Shown here: in pieces, positions 1-13,790 of the stretch
Layout: each line of letters opens with the position of its first letter
How positions within the stretch are numbered: the stretch's first letter is position 1
Assembly (NCBI RefSeq): GCF_001194135.2
Contig: NC_068984.1
Location: 39,727,434 to 39,791,433 of the forward strand
Length of the DNA stretch: 64,000 nucleotides
From: Octopus bimaculoides
Taxonomy: Eukaryota
Direction of reading: 5' to 3'
The notes under the pieces: model-generated
Told to the model about the DNA's origin: nothing
Seen by the model: only the letters and a program-made list of their open reading frames with translations
Databases searched by the model: none
Translations under genes and position numbers: made by a program

Positions 1-510
1 CCATTTGAGCGCGATTGTTTCCAGTTTCACCTTACTGGCACTTATGCCAGTGGCATGTGAACAAAACATTGGACTGACTTCTGTGCAGATGGCACATAAA
101 AAAAAACACCATTTGAATGTGGCTGTTGCCAGTACCGCCGGACTGGCCCTCATGCCGGTGGCACGTAAAAAGCCCATTTGAGCACGATCGTTTCCAGTTT
201 CACCTTGCTGGCACCTGTGCCAGTGGCAATGTGAACAAAACATTGGACTGACTCCTGTGCAGATGGCACGTAAGAAAACATCATTTGAGCGTGGCCGTTG
301 CCAGTACCGCCAGACTGGCCCTCATGCCGGTGGCACGTAAAAAGCACCCACTACACTCTCGGAGTGGTTGGCGTTAGGAAGGGCATCCAGCTGTAGAAAC
401 TCTGCCAGATCAGATTGGAGTCTGGTGTAACCATCTGGTTCGCCAGTCCCCCAGTCAAATCGTCCAACCTATGCTAGCATGGAAAGCGGACGTTAAATGA
501 TGATGATGAT
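1..510 (+). mobile_element. 3' end of an RTE-clade LINE with internal tandem units and (GAT)n tail
   Basis: Two ~173-bp units, then the tail ...cccactacactctc..gggcatccagctgtagaaac..catgctagcatggaaagcggacgttaaa(tga)n. The same tail is attached to RT-bearing copies at 27.7 and 42.8 kb. Confidence 0.85.
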
Positions 511-1329
511 TGGAGCAAGGTTTATTTGATAGTAACTTTATCCACCATTATAAAGTGGTATCATAGAATGTGTACAGTTTTTTTTTTCTTTATTGATCCA
601 ACAGTGCTAACAGTTGGATCACTGTTCAATAAATTATGTTTATTCACAGCTAATCTTTAAATCCAGAAGCCATTCCACTACCCACCATCTGTAGGCATAC
701 TCTTTATTTATTTATCTAGCTGCAAAGTTACATAAGTGACTCACAGATCAAGAGTTTCATGAGTTTAGAGTGATTTTCATGCTTGAATGGCATGACCATG
801 TCAATCAAAAGCTAGGCATGAAATTTCAAACTCTTATATAAGACAAATGGTTACAATAGATTTCATACCTTTCTGTTTATATACTTTTTTAACAAATATA
901 GCAAAGTTACCTGACAACTGAAAAAATTCAATTGGTTTGTAATAATTTTCTTAATTAACCAATCAAGCATGCTTAATGTATAAGCCTGCAATACGAACTT
1001 ATAAAAAAACTCTTGATTGTAACCTAAGGGCAGGGATAGGGAGAAGTAGACGGATCTTTTGGTTGACATATTGTTAGTCAGTGACACATTATTTGAACTC
1101 TCACTTCTCATCTTATAGAAACAAAGTTTTGACTGTTGCTGCAAGATTTTTCATTTGAAAATGCCACACACTGAATATGCATTAATAGTTGTTTTAACAA
1201 CTTTTCAGCAAGATCTCAACAAAACTATAACACATTATTTGTCCATCTATCTTTTCTACCAGCTATTCCTGAGATGGTTGTATAGATAGAGTCCTTGGGC
1301 ACCTCCTCTATAGAGTCCTATCAAAAGCA

Positions 1330-1700
1330 ACCATTATTAGATTTTCCTGCTGGATTCCGAAGCATGACCAACTGAGACTATGGACATTATCCAACTGTCT
1401 CCTTCTTCAATTCAGTTTTCATGCCTATCCTCACCTATGGTCATGAATGTTGGATAATAACTGAAGGAGCACAATAGTCAATACAGGAAGCTGAAATGGG
1501 CTTCATCCAAAGGATCTCTAGAGTTAACCTTACTCAACAGGGTGCATAGCTCAGACATCAAGGAGTTTTTCCAGGTTGAACCACTTCTTTTTCATTTTGA
1601 GAGGTCACATCTCCAGTACAACAAACATGTGGTTAGAATGTTGCAGGAAAGAATTGCAAAACAGATTCTTCAAACTATGCCAACCGGCAGGAGACAAATT
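1330..1700 (+). mobile_element. Degenerate C-terminal fragment of a non-LTR (RTE-like) RT ORF
   Basis: Broken translation resembles LTYGHECW..IQEAEMGF..RI...T..LFHFERS....HV.RMLQERIAKQIL. Confidence 0.6.
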
Positions 1701-3499
1701 ATATAGAAAAACTATATTTATGCTATTCTGTTTTTAAATTCTTCTATCAAATTTGGTAGGATGAATATGAACTGAGATGTTTTAACTTAATTCAGTTTTC
1801 CTTGCTACCAACTTTCTTGAAACATTAAACTAGATGCCACTAGATATTTCATTTAATTGGATAAATTGAATGTTGTTACAAAAAACTGGAATATGAAGTT
1901 CATTTTAAATATATTTTCTATGAAGTTACTTAATTGCTATTTCTTAGCTCTGCACATGCTCTTACATGCTTCATTAAAATGTAACAAAAAGCTTTGTGAA
2001 TAGAATATTACTAGAATATTGTATTAGCCTTCAGCTGTTGATGATTATGATATTAATCAGCTTAAATTTTATTGTTGGGAAATACTTTAATCTCTACTAA
2101 ACTCTTATCAGATGCACAAAATTCTTGACTCTTGAGTAATTCATGCAGCTTTATGGCTAAATAACTCTCTGCTTTTGTATATTAAGTTCTACAATTTGTA
2201 CCACCATACCTATATATCAAACCAAATCACACTGGAACCTGTTGCAGCTTGCCAGCTCTAATCAAATTGTCCAACCCATGACAGTATGGAAAACAACATT
2301 AAAAGATGATGAATCTCTGCTGTTTGATGAATTAATATGTAAGTGGGTGAGCATTCCACAGACATGTGTACCCTTAATATAATTCTTAGGTAGAATCAGT
2401 GTGACACCATATGTGACGAGACTGTGCCATCCATCCAGTTTCACTCACAAGGTGTGGTTCAATCAAGCACACACCACAACAACTATTGGGGTTAACTTTG
2501 CAGCTTGCAAAGCAAAAGAAAGCTCTCATTTATTGTTATAAGGATAGTGATGAGGAGAATTACAGAAGAACGGTATTTGGGTAGGAATAATGAAGACAGG
2601 GGAAAGGGGAAGAGAAAGCATCGAGGGTAGGCAAAAGGAAGAGGAGAACAAAGTGGGGTTGAGTTAAGTGGACTGAGTGGCATAGTCTACCTTCTCTGCC
2701 GACATGGGTTTGGATGGTTCTTCAGAATTCAAGACAGTTTTTATTGGAGTTACACAAGTTCATTGTTAAAAGAGGGTAGTAGGGAAGAGACTAGCTGTGG
2801 CAGTTTTTGGGAAGTGCGGTTTAGGAGGCAAGGTGAACAGTATCAGTAGGATGGGGATAGTGAGAGCAAGATAGAAAGTGTAGGATGGTAAGGAGGGTTG
2901 AGCTGAAGGAGATGCAGTGCTGCCCCATGTTATACATGGATGGATAGAGTGATGTATGTAGGAATAATAAGATGGAAGGGGATAGCAGGGGTGAAAGGGG
3001 AAAGTAATGTCAGAGGATAAGTGGGACAGAATGAAAGTGATAAGGGTGGTGAGGAAGGTTGAGCAGTAGCAGATGCAGTGTTACCCCATGTTATGTATGG
3101 ATCGATAGAGTAGTACACGAAAATGATAATGAGATGCCAAGGTGTGTCTTTAAGGTAACATGTCTAAGAGAACTTGGTGACAGGAGGATTAGTGATGGTG
3201 AATAAAATTTGCCAGAGTGAAATCCTGTCCCCCACTCCAAACATTATGATTTAGGAGGAAAGCAGAAGGAGAGGTAGCTGGAATGTAGGTGGTGGATGTA
3301 TGGGAAAAGGAGATATTCAGTATGCACAAATCAAGTACTTCCCTCCAAGTTATGGGTGGCATGACACAGTGAGTAGAAAAGATGATGGGGAGATGGAAGG
3401 ATACATAATTGCCACACCATTTAGGAGAATGAATAGTGGAAGGGCCATGAGAATATAGTATATATATTAGGTAAGGAAGGTGTGTGTGCACCGTAACCT

Positions 3500-4610
3500 G
3501 CTATTTCAACCAGTATTTCATCAAGCTTGCATGGGAGATCAGGTCTTCTGCAGCACCATATATCACTGGCCAATATGGTCTTCTGTCATTTCTTCACCTT
3601 ATCCCAAGTCTTCCTTGTTTTTACCTCTTCCACATGTATCATTCATTTTGAGGGTTTGACACTTGCTTGTGTAGATGTCATCCACCATCTGCATCACATG
3701 CCTATACCATCACAATCTCCTCACTTGCAAACTACTTCTGATTCTCCTTATACTCAGTTTGTCTCAGTTATACTTCATCACTCATGCACTCTAGCATACT
3801 CAGCAAAGCATGCTTGCCTCACTTTTTTCTCCTTGCTGTGCACAGCACATGCCACATACGTGCATCAGATAATCTGCCCTTCACCTTGAAGGTTAAGCTG
3901 TTTGTTGTTAGCAGAGGTGGTAGCTTCCCGAGCTTTCTCCAATCCATTCATATTCTGCCAACCACACTTTTAGAATATCTACACCCACTGCTAATTTAAT
4001 TTGGTTGCCTAAGTGGCAAAAGTTATCAACTACTTCTAGGGAGTTGTCTGGGGTTTGAGAGAATCTATTTTCTGAGTGCTCTAAATGTTTACTATCCTTG
4101 TACACCTGCTGCATGAAATCTATGTTTTCTGTTAACCTACCTGTGATCTCACTGCCCCTTTTGTGTCTATTATTTTATCCTGGGAACACCTTATAGAATT
4201 TCTACTAACTTCTGTTCTGCAGACAGAACACAGCCATTTCCCTGATGCCATAAGGGCCTTGTATTCCTTCCTACTTGATAAATCTTTTGCTTTCACTTAG
4301 TTTACTTCAATACAAGATTTTGCTTCTATGTCTGGAATTTTAGCTTCAATTCTTCTACAGATTCTGTTATGCGAGTTAAAAATCATCAACACACAGTTGT
4401 TCCCAAAGGCAACTGCTCATAAATACTTCTATAATGGCTCGGAGGATTATCATGAATAGGAGTGTGTTGAGAGCCGAACCCTGATGTACCCCCAACCAGC
4501 ACACTAAATTCATTGCTGAGGTAATTGCTGATTCTTACCTTGCTAGGCTGCTCTTTCATATATAGCTTGTACAGCCCTCACAATCCATTCATCTGCAACA
4601 GACGGCTAGA
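3500..4610 (-). mobile_element. Degenerate RTE LINE fragment (RT core to C-terminus)
   Basis: Minus-strand DEWIVRAVQA, GVHQGSAL..LLF.II, a decayed YADD (CVDD), a Cys-rich segment and LEVVDNFCHLG...LRVKGRL; many stops and frameshifts. Confidence 0.85.
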
Positions 4611-5351
4611 TATGAAGTTCTACAAGATGGAGCTATTTTTTTATTTATCATATTCATTTAAAATAATTAACCAGTATTTAAACTTTCACTAAATTTTGTA
4701 GAAAGGTATCATTCATCTCCTTACTACAAGCAAAATACATTTTATAAAGTTTACCATTTACTCATCTGCCCTCACTCTCCCTGGAATAAACAATCTACAA
4801 TGTTTCCCGCTCCACCAAAATTAACAGCTTAGAACTTCCCATCTGCATCATCAACATTGACAGCCTAATTCCTACTTCTACTGATACTCAGGCTTAAGCA
4901 CTCTTAATCCTTGATGCGCAGAGGAGACATAGACTCTGCAAATCACAAGAAAGGCAAACTATAAAAACTAAGTAGAGGTAAAAAGGATTCTTTCAGCTTA
5001 CTACAGATAACTTCAATAGTGCTGGTGTTAAAATACACCTAGTCCACACTGTAAAATGATTGGTGACAGGAAGCACATCCAACTGTAAAATCCATACTAA
5101 AAAATAAGGAATGAATGAAGAGACATAGATTCTGAAAAAAAAAAACCCTAGTACAGAACAGAAAGAGGAGGCTCTTTAAACTCACTGCATGGAACTTTTT
5201 TTATTACTGTTGACATGATGAAATGCACCTAGACTATGGGTACTGTAGGGGCCCATTCAACCCATGTTAGCATGGAGAAACAAACATAAATGTTAATATG
5301 GAGATGATAATTTTATACTCACTTTTTTTTTGTGTGTATATATATATATAT

Positions 5352-5584
5352 NNNNNNNNNNNNNNNNNNNNNNNNNNNNNNNNNNNNNNNNNNNNNNNNN
5401 NNNNNNNNNNNNNNNNNNNNNNNNNNNNNNNNNNNNNNNNNNNNNNNNNNNNNNNNNNNNNNNNNNNNNNNNNNNNNNNNNNNNNNNNNNNNNNNNNNNN
5501 NNNNNNNNNNNNNNNNNNNNNNNNNNNNNNNNNNNNNNNNNNNNNNNNNNNNNNNNNNNNNNNNNNNNNNNNNNNNNNNNNNNN
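5352..5584. other. Assembly gap (N run) within a (TA)n tract
   Basis: Run of n characters. Confidence 1.
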
Positions 5585-7439
5585 NTATATATATTGCAAC
5601 ATATGAGTGTAATTCGGATGTTAGTTTTCCAAAGGGCTAAAAAGTATTTTAAAATTATCATTGAATTTTATTAAAATAGCTAAATATGCTGGCACACAAA
5701 TATACACATTAAAATATACCTTTAGGCACAGGTATGACTGTCTGGTTAAGAAGTTCGGTTTGCAGTCATGTAGTTTCAGGTTCGCCCAGCTTGAACAAGT
5801 GTCTTGTGCTTTTACCCAGGATCAGCTAATACCTTGTAAGTGAATTAGGTTGACATAGCTATATTAAGCTCATTGTGTGTGTTGACATTATGGCATATCA
5901 CCTTGCACTTTGAAGACCTGTGGAATATATAAATTCCTTACTTGAAAAGCAAGTAAGTGTTGGTGACAAGAAGAGCATCCAGGTGTAAAATCCTGCCTCA
6001 GAATCAACACACATCCAAGCCATGCTAGCATAGAAAAATGGACATTAAAACATGCATCATTGCTATCTTAAGTAGGAATAAGAACCTAAGGACTTTGATA
6101 GTAATTTTAGTGATTTAGATGGACTATTTCATTTTCTAAGGATCAATCACTGGTAAAGTAAGTTCAATTGTTATAGCTTGCCTAGTATAGGCTGATGACT
6201 AGGGAAAGTCATATAAATATGTGTAACTGGTAGAACATAAGAGGATGAAATATTACATAATTAGGGAAAATGCAATACAAGGCATATGCACCTTGTAAAC
6301 TAAGTGACCCTTTTCTTTCTTTCTTTTTTCAATTCTTGCCAAGCCAGTTCACCTTAGCCATGTCATTTGTGTTGTTGAAGACAGCATCTTTTCTGACAAT
6401 TTGTGTCCCTGTATGTAAGTGAAATATTTATATACATCTTTTTGTATACTGGCTGAAGAAGTAAGTGGTTGCAGAAACACCTAGTTGTGTATTTTCTTTA
6501 TACAGATATGTTCAAGGTTCATTCTTTCTATTTAGTTTGTGTAGACATAATCCTCAACTAATTTCTAATTAGTTGTAAGGCAATCTCTTTGAATAACTCC
6601 ATCAATTATGTGAATCAACATGTGGCTTGTTTGGTTTATGTATGCCTAGTTACCATACACATACACATCTTTTGACAATCAGCTTCAGCTTGTGAAGCAG
6701 ATTTATATCTATAAGGATTCTTGAGTAAATCTACACTGTGCGTGCCTGTGTGTGTGTGTGTGTGTGTGTGTACATACATTAGCTGAATATGATACTGTAA
6801 CACTCAGAATATAATTATAAAAAAACACATATTGTACTATGTTCTGCAAATGAGCATTGAGTTCAAGATACTATTAAAAGCTCCCTTGTTTGCTTATACA
6901 TCTCTCAGATATTTTTCATCACTCCTCAATTTAACTCTTAACAAAATAGTTTTCTCTTACTTAAATGTATCAATTCAGCTGAAATTTTTTGACCAGTACA
7001 GAAAATAACAATGGATTGACACAAGTGAAAGACAGCACAATATTAGATCAAACTCTCCTTTCTCTAGCATGTATGTTTATTCATGAAATTTATTCTTAAT
7101 TTCTTCTAATTATCTTCCCTTCTCTTTGAAACTCACTAACTATTATCACTAGCTCTTTGTTCTCATCTACAAATATTAACAGAATTGTGTAAAACATTAA
7201 TGAAAATTTGATAAAATATTTTCTCATAACTTACACTTTTCCAACCAGCTTTCATAAAACTTTGGCAATTTTGATATAAAATAATTTATGTAATTTTTTA
7301 ATGACAATCACAACAGTATATTGTTTATTTTTTATTTCTTTCTTCTTTGATAAATTTACTCATGTGAAAAGCAGTCATATGAGAGGTAATCTTCCTCCAA
7401 ATGCTTTTTTGTTGTGTGTGGTGGTTCTGCAGTGGTTAG

Positions 7440-9191
7440 TTTCATCACTCAGTTATATCCTTAGTCAACACACAGGCACTCATAATACTCTTGATCTCTT
7501 TCTCACCTCCAAACTCAGTTTTATCAAACTGCCACCAACTCTACATCTATTAGATTCTCCAAGTACTAAGTAATCAAGGCTCTTACTGCACTTCCACATG
7601 CTGATCAGAGTTTCTCACATTTTTGCTAACTATTCTTGGCAGCAAATCTGAAATCATCCCTGACCAATCCCTGTCAGCCAAACAGGTGATTGATACCATC
7701 CTTTTGTGGCATACACTTTTATATATCTCGCACAACTAAAACCTATTATACCAACTGTGCTAAATGGTTCACATACAAATGCACTGCATCAATACTGTTG
7801 AAGAACATAGCCTACAATGTTTAGACAAATTTATCTCTCCTTCAAGACTATTATTCAAAAAGCAAAAGATCCCTTTCTTTTGTGCATCATACAAACTTCA
7901 AGATCTCCTACCTCCCAAATAGGGCCCTTATCCAAAGGATCTCTGTCAACTTTGCTAAATACTCCTACACACTACTTACCTTGATGTCTTTATAAGTAAC
8001 ATTCTTGCAGAGAAAACTTCCTCATTTGCTGCTCACTTTGTCTTCCACTCCGCAATGCATGTACTTGACAAGACTCCTCAAAAACTTTCCTTCGCCATTA
8101 TGCCTGCCCCATCATCTTGTGCACATACATGCCAAGATTTAAAACACATCTGGTTGCTTCAAATCAACTATGCCACCAGCTATGACTATATCTCTTCTAT
8201 TACCTTCAAATGCCACACTTCAGATCTAGCTCCTATCATAACCAAGCTCTTTAATCTTTCTCTCTTGTAGGGCATCCCAAGAATGGCAACTATTTTGATT
8301 GAACCAATTATTAACCTATAATTTTCACTTCTAATATTTCATAGATGATGGAAATAGTTGTTATTAGTCATCTTGTGCAATACATAGAGCCTTTCTTTTT
8401 CCTTGCTACCCATTGGTGTAACTTCCATAGGACCACTTCTACTGAGGATCAGCTTTCCTATCTTACTTTCTAGTCATTTCTCATCTTTGAGAAATTCAGT
8501 GAACATAATGTAATGTTGTATTTGACATCAACAAAATATTTAACTGTATCAGCATGGGGATCTCTGAGTTAAGCTGCCTGCCTATAGGCTTTATCTCCCT
8601 TTCATTTCTTGGACTGTAAGCTTCCTGTCAGATTGCACCATTGCATTTTGTGCTGATAGTGCTTCTCTGACCCACACCCTATCAATTCATCCGAATCCCA
8701 GACATCTGTTATGTTCCTAAAGACAATCTTCTTTCTATTTATTAACAAATACTCATCACTCCTCCCTAACCTTACAAACATTGATGCCATCCACATGCAA
8801 CCTAGACACCTCACTTGAAACCTACACTGCTCCATGAACAGAAACCTCAGAGATATTTTCCAATTAGGACATGAAAATCATATTTCTTTCAACAGTACAA
8901 AGACATATACTGTTCATATCAAAGAAACACTCACTCTGCTTGTGGGTAACACACAATTAAAACTCTAAAAGTTGCTTCAAATGCTTGACCTGCCAGTATC
9001 ACATGATCTTGGCTACCTCACATTCATAACAAGCATAGCATAAACTATATCCCAAAGACTAACCTTCCTTTTCCAAGCCAGAAAATATTTCATTTTCAAT
9101 TAGCTACTAACCTCTTACGAAGCTCAGATAAAACCAACAGTGTAATACTACACCCTCATTTAGAATGCTACTGCTGCTGCTGCCTGCATGT

Positions 9192-9243
<52 letters not shown>

Positions 9244-9480
9244 CCAAACAAACTTTTTCTTCACTACTTCAGTAGTTTCTGCTCTTTGGAATTGAGTAGT
9301 TGTATATCACCCCTACCAAAGTTATATTGTTTCACATTAATTGCTAATCTTAACCCCAGTCCTCCCTTCCACGACTTCAGCTGTCTGGAATTCCCTGCTT
9401 GCACACATTTACCTGCAAACATCAACATGAATCATTTTTTTAAAATTTTGGATGCTTTGTAAAGGTCATAGCCTCCTCCT
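7440..9480 (+). mobile_element. Highly decayed CR1/Jockey-like LINE relic (end of endonuclease plus RT)
   Basis: Fragments NTLDLFLTS, DLAPIITKLFNLSL, STEDQLSYLT, FDINKIFN (for LDISKAFD) and FQARKYF...YEAQIKP in the expected order; interrupted by (CA)n at about 9190-9240. Confidence 0.65.
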
Positions 9481-11132
9481 CCTGCTTAGTACCTGTTAAC
9501 CAATTCCATATATGAAAACGTAGAGAAGTATTTTAAAATTTGTTAAATGGATAGTTGAAGAACCGGGTACTTTAAATATTTACCTCAGAATGTTTTCTGC
9601 TTTTGAGAACTATCTAATGAGATGACTGTTTTCATGGCTGAATCAAGACAAATTCTTAAATTTAAACAATATTAAAGTGTGAGAGCTGGGTAGTTATTGT
9701 GTCTCAAATCAACAATAACAGAGTGCATTAAAATATTGCTCTAAGCTTTCATTTCATATAAACTGCTGTTGATATTCTCAACAGATTGGTAATGGTTATT
9801 TAGACCAGGTACTCCTAACTGTTATCAATGAAAATGATAGCCTAGAGTTTGAGGAGTGTTGAAAAACTATCTGTTTGTAATGATAAAAGATTTTTTTTAA
9901 CACTTTTGAAAGAAGGCTGCATTGAATTTTTAAAATGTGCAGACTCACCACTACTATCTTTGCCAGTCATCACTGTACTTTGCTTCAGAAATCATATATT
10001 TTTGCTGACCAGTTATATTCTTTAAAGGCTATAAAATTTGTAGTGACAGGTTTGAATGTGTGTACAGATTCATAGGTATGTGAATATGGTGGATGGGGAA
10101 AGATTAATTATTGCTTAATGCATTTATGATGCCTGCAATAATTCATATTGCTCATTAGAATTTTGTTCTTTATCTTTTTAGTTTTAATTGCTTGTTAAAA
10201 TGGAGGTGGGGGGGGCGTTTTTTGTTAGGATTTTTTTGTTGCTTTTTTTTTTTTTTTTTTTTTTTTCTAAAAGAAAACAGCACATATTTATTGGTTTTGG
10301 GAGAATTGGACAACATTCTCCTCCACTTGAAACTCTTCACACATCTCCTTCACATCAGCTCATCATTTGAAATTAATAATCTCTCTCCATCTCTCCCTTT
10401 CTGTCCTCCCTCTTTTTTTCTCTTCTTTTCAGTGTCTATTGACACATTATTTCTATTGCATGCATCAATGAAAATGATATCTAAAAGCTAAGCTTCTGCC
10501 AGTGTTTTCAATATTATAAAGTTTATAAATTCATAAATTCAATGTGATGTTCTTTTTCTGAGATAATTCCAAGGTTAAGTAGAAAACAAAGTAATAAATC
10601 TTGACAGCTCTCTTTTTAATACAAAATTAGTGATATTATTTATAAAAAAACTTATACCTTTACATCAGTTGTCCAGCACCTTAACCACTAACCAAACTTA
10701 TATGCAGATTGTCTACAAGGAATCCAGTTTAAAACTTTTAAAACTACAGTCACTAGAGCATTTTAAAACAGTAAAGTGATGATGGTAACTGTTAGGATAA
10801 AATTAGTGGTTGCAGTGGGCTCATATGAGAGTTGATGCAATTTTTAAACTGTGTATGGATTTTAAGTTACAATTAACTATTCTGGATATGAAAAGGTTAA
10901 GTTTATTTAGCTCTTTTGAAAGTTTATGCCAGCTTTAATATTCTTTACATATTGATATAATTTACTGAATTTAAAATGTAATAGAATATGGCATACACAT
11001 TTTAGATTTTTTTTTTTTTTCTATATTTAGCATTTTATTAAAGTATAGTTTCAAATAATACTGAAATTTGTTTACATTTATCTAAATTGTAGAAAATATT
11101 TTCAAAGCACATTCATTTCTTTATTCTAAATA

Positions 11133-11671
11133 TACAAGGTCTGATCAAAAAGTATTGGGGCTGGTGTTATAAAAGAAGTTTACAACACATATCAATTCAG
11201 CTTTTAATCTTCTTTGAAGTAGTCCTCTTTTGAAGCTACACACTTTATCCAGTATCATTTCCATTGACGGTCCTTTTTGGAGACTGTGAGCAGCTGCCTT
11301 GTCGCATTCTTTCAGATTTCTTTGACATCTTGAAATTTTGTTCCTATCAAGTTGGATTCCTTTTAAGCCTTGGATTTGGGGTGATAGCCATAAATCCATG
11401 ATTTGTCACCTGTTATGACTGTTTCCATAAAGTTTTAGTTTTCCTGTACACAATCAAGGAGATCTTGTGCAGCTGAAACCTGATCTTCGTTTTGAGACAA
11501 CCACACTTTACTTTACTTCCAAGCACTGCTATAAACAACGGGAGTGAGTATGTTATAACTTAGTGTGTATGCACAACAGAGCTCAAGGTCACTCTGTACC
11601 AAGTGGCTTCACTCTGCATACTTTAGTACCATTACATAGCAACAGTCCCAATACTTTTTAATCAGATCTTA
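11133..11671 (-). mobile_element. Internally deleted mariner-type DNA transposon (MITE-like)
   Basis: ~29-bp TIRs: aaggtctgatcaaaaagtattgggactgg versus the reverse complement of cagtcccaatactttttaatcagatctt (3 mismatches). TA at the left end. Strand is a guess. Confidence 0.75.
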
Positions 11672-12159
11672 CTGAAATAAACATAGAATAATATAATCCA
11701 CTAGATGTCTAAAAGTATAATAGCCACCAAAGTTTAGATTAATTTCATTAATATTTTACTGAATATTTTGTATAGTTTAAAGAAAAATTCTGATTGAGAA
11801 ATATTGCAAAATGAGGGCTGGGAATATACTTCATTAAAAATATTGACAGAAATATATATAACAAACGGAGTGATCCTGAAGAGAGTTGTGAATTGATTTA
11901 AGTCTGATTAGTATATATTTTGATAACAGCTACTTATCTTCAAAAACAGTTTGTCCCTTACTTCTGGTACATCAGCTATGGATACTGATATATATTTCTT
12001 TTATCTCTTTGTCTATCCTGTGTGTCATATGTGATACACTGGACATATTTCCCTGACATCCATGCATCATATATGATACATTTGACAGGCACAGGGTTAT
12101 ATTGATTAAAAGATTATATCTGGAACTTCTTTCGCTATAATAGTTTAATCTATTTAAAA

Positions 12160-13790
12160 ATTCTTGGTTACTGAATTTATGAAAATAGATAGGGTATCTA
12201 GGTCTGACAAATTTGACATTCTAACAAATTCTCGATATGGTAAAAAGTTTAATTTATGGATAAGAGGATTCATGTATTTCTTAGTAACTATCAATCCTGA
12301 TTTTAATCCTAAAAAACTAGAGCTTTTATTCCTATATATTGCACTTAATAGAGTAGATGTTATAAAAGATTACAACTTTTGATAATGCTTTCTAGCTGTT
12401 TATAACAGCTAGAAAGAAATGTATGTGAAACCACCCATAAACATATGCCAAATATCTTCTGCCTCCACAATTTCCAAAGCTCAGCAGAAACAAAGATGAA
12501 TTTCTCCAGAATTTAATTGTATTAGTTCATGATTGAATTTTAAAAGCTATAATGATTGGCAAAAGGAAACCATCACATATATAAGTGGTTCTTTTGTAGA
12601 AGAAATACATTCAAACATTATCAGGACCAGACCACTAGAGAATAAAACCTTACCAGCAGATTGTTATTCAACAAGCTAGTAGAATCATGTTGTTTCTGTG
12701 AACCTTCTAATGTTAACAAGGAAAATTTAAATGGTAAATTTGAATATTTTCTCACAGCAAATTTAGAGACCATACATTTTCTGTGGCAACACAAAAAATT
12801 CACCCTCCAATAAGAAAAGGCTTGTCAATTCTCTCAAACTATCAATTGTTTCATGGAGCTATATGTTTACCTAGTTCTACATACAGATGATCTAGTCAAT
12901 GATGTAGCCAAAAATAAATATTATTACAAAATCGATCTAAGTAGCACTTATATTGGTATAATGACTGTAGAAAGACCATTCGCAGCTTTTCCCATTAGGA
13001 ATGTTATGCATGGTCTAATGGATAGTGGGGTGTCTATATCAATGTACTCAAATTCCTACGCATATTAAAAATAATATATTAATGTTTCAGGGAATCATCA
13101 ATGACTTTATCAACAAAAATAATCTTACAAGTATCTATTTGGATGATTTATTTTTTTAGTTTGTAGTGAAAGAAAATCAGATTCCTTTCAACCTGCTGAA
13201 CATGTCAACTGACTTCAAACAAAAGTAAATGTAAATATAATCTAATATCTACTAACTTTTTAGGTTATCTCATTTCACTTAGAGAATTACATCCTGATTT
13301 AAAATGCCTTTAACCTCTTGAAGAGCAATCTGCACCTCAAAAAATATCACACACTTTGTCAAGTTTGATCTTTCCTACTCTTTGAAAATTAGGCTGTTAA
13401 TCAGTGCATTTTTTCCTTCTATCTGAGGATGCTGTAAAATGTAACAATTCTGTTAAAGTTTATATTAAATGGCCTACTGGAGCCTGCTCCAAAGATGATT
13501 TGCATTTTACTATTGAAACAGATCCTAATATAAAAATTAATGCTCACTATCTCAGAGTAATAGATGCTCCCAAGTTCCTTAAAGAATCCTGAAAAAGACT
13601 TTTACCATATTGCCAGAAAAAGAAGCTTATGCAGCTACATAAGCTGTGAGGAAAAGGAAATATTTCAATTTGGTGACTGATCAAAGATCCATTTGTCTTT
13701 GTGTTTGACAGTAAAAACCTTGGGAAAATACGATAATAAAATCCATTGCTGACAAATCAAAATTTCTCCTCTCCCAAATGCTATAAATTA
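12160..13790 (+). mobile_element. Ty3/Gypsy LTR retrotransposon relic (gag, protease, RNase H; most of RT deleted)
   Basis: Frameshifted fragments in pol order: gag MYVKP..AKYLL..DEFLQNL..IRTRPLENKTL; protease LMDSG; linker FTIETD; RNase H EKEAYAA..AVRKRKYFNLVTDQRS..FDSKNLGKI..KIH. A possible 5' LTR at about 11960-12160 is not confirmed. Confidence 0.8.

Noticed and set aside
150-347. Similar short ORFs at 150-347 and 58203-58669, and regularly spaced repeats that could suggest a gene family or CRISPR-like array
   Set aside because: They are translations of RTE 3' UTR modules. The units are degenerate, have no unique spacers, and there are no cas genes in this eukaryotic DNA.
2540-3490. Purine-rich block with an internal ~160-bp-spaced duplication (about 2910-2950 and 3069-3113); a similar pyrimidine-rich block lies at about 15950-16240
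   Set aside because: Probably an old retroelement (possibly Penelope-like), but I could not read a convincing motif, so it is left unclassified.
5267-5674. ORF-track entries full of X (also parts of 42984-43443)
   Set aside because: Artefacts of N gaps and (TA)n tracts.
11960-12160. Possible 5' LTR and primer-binding site of the Gypsy relic
   Set aside because: No matching second LTR or clear tRNA-complementary PBS was found, so it is not called.
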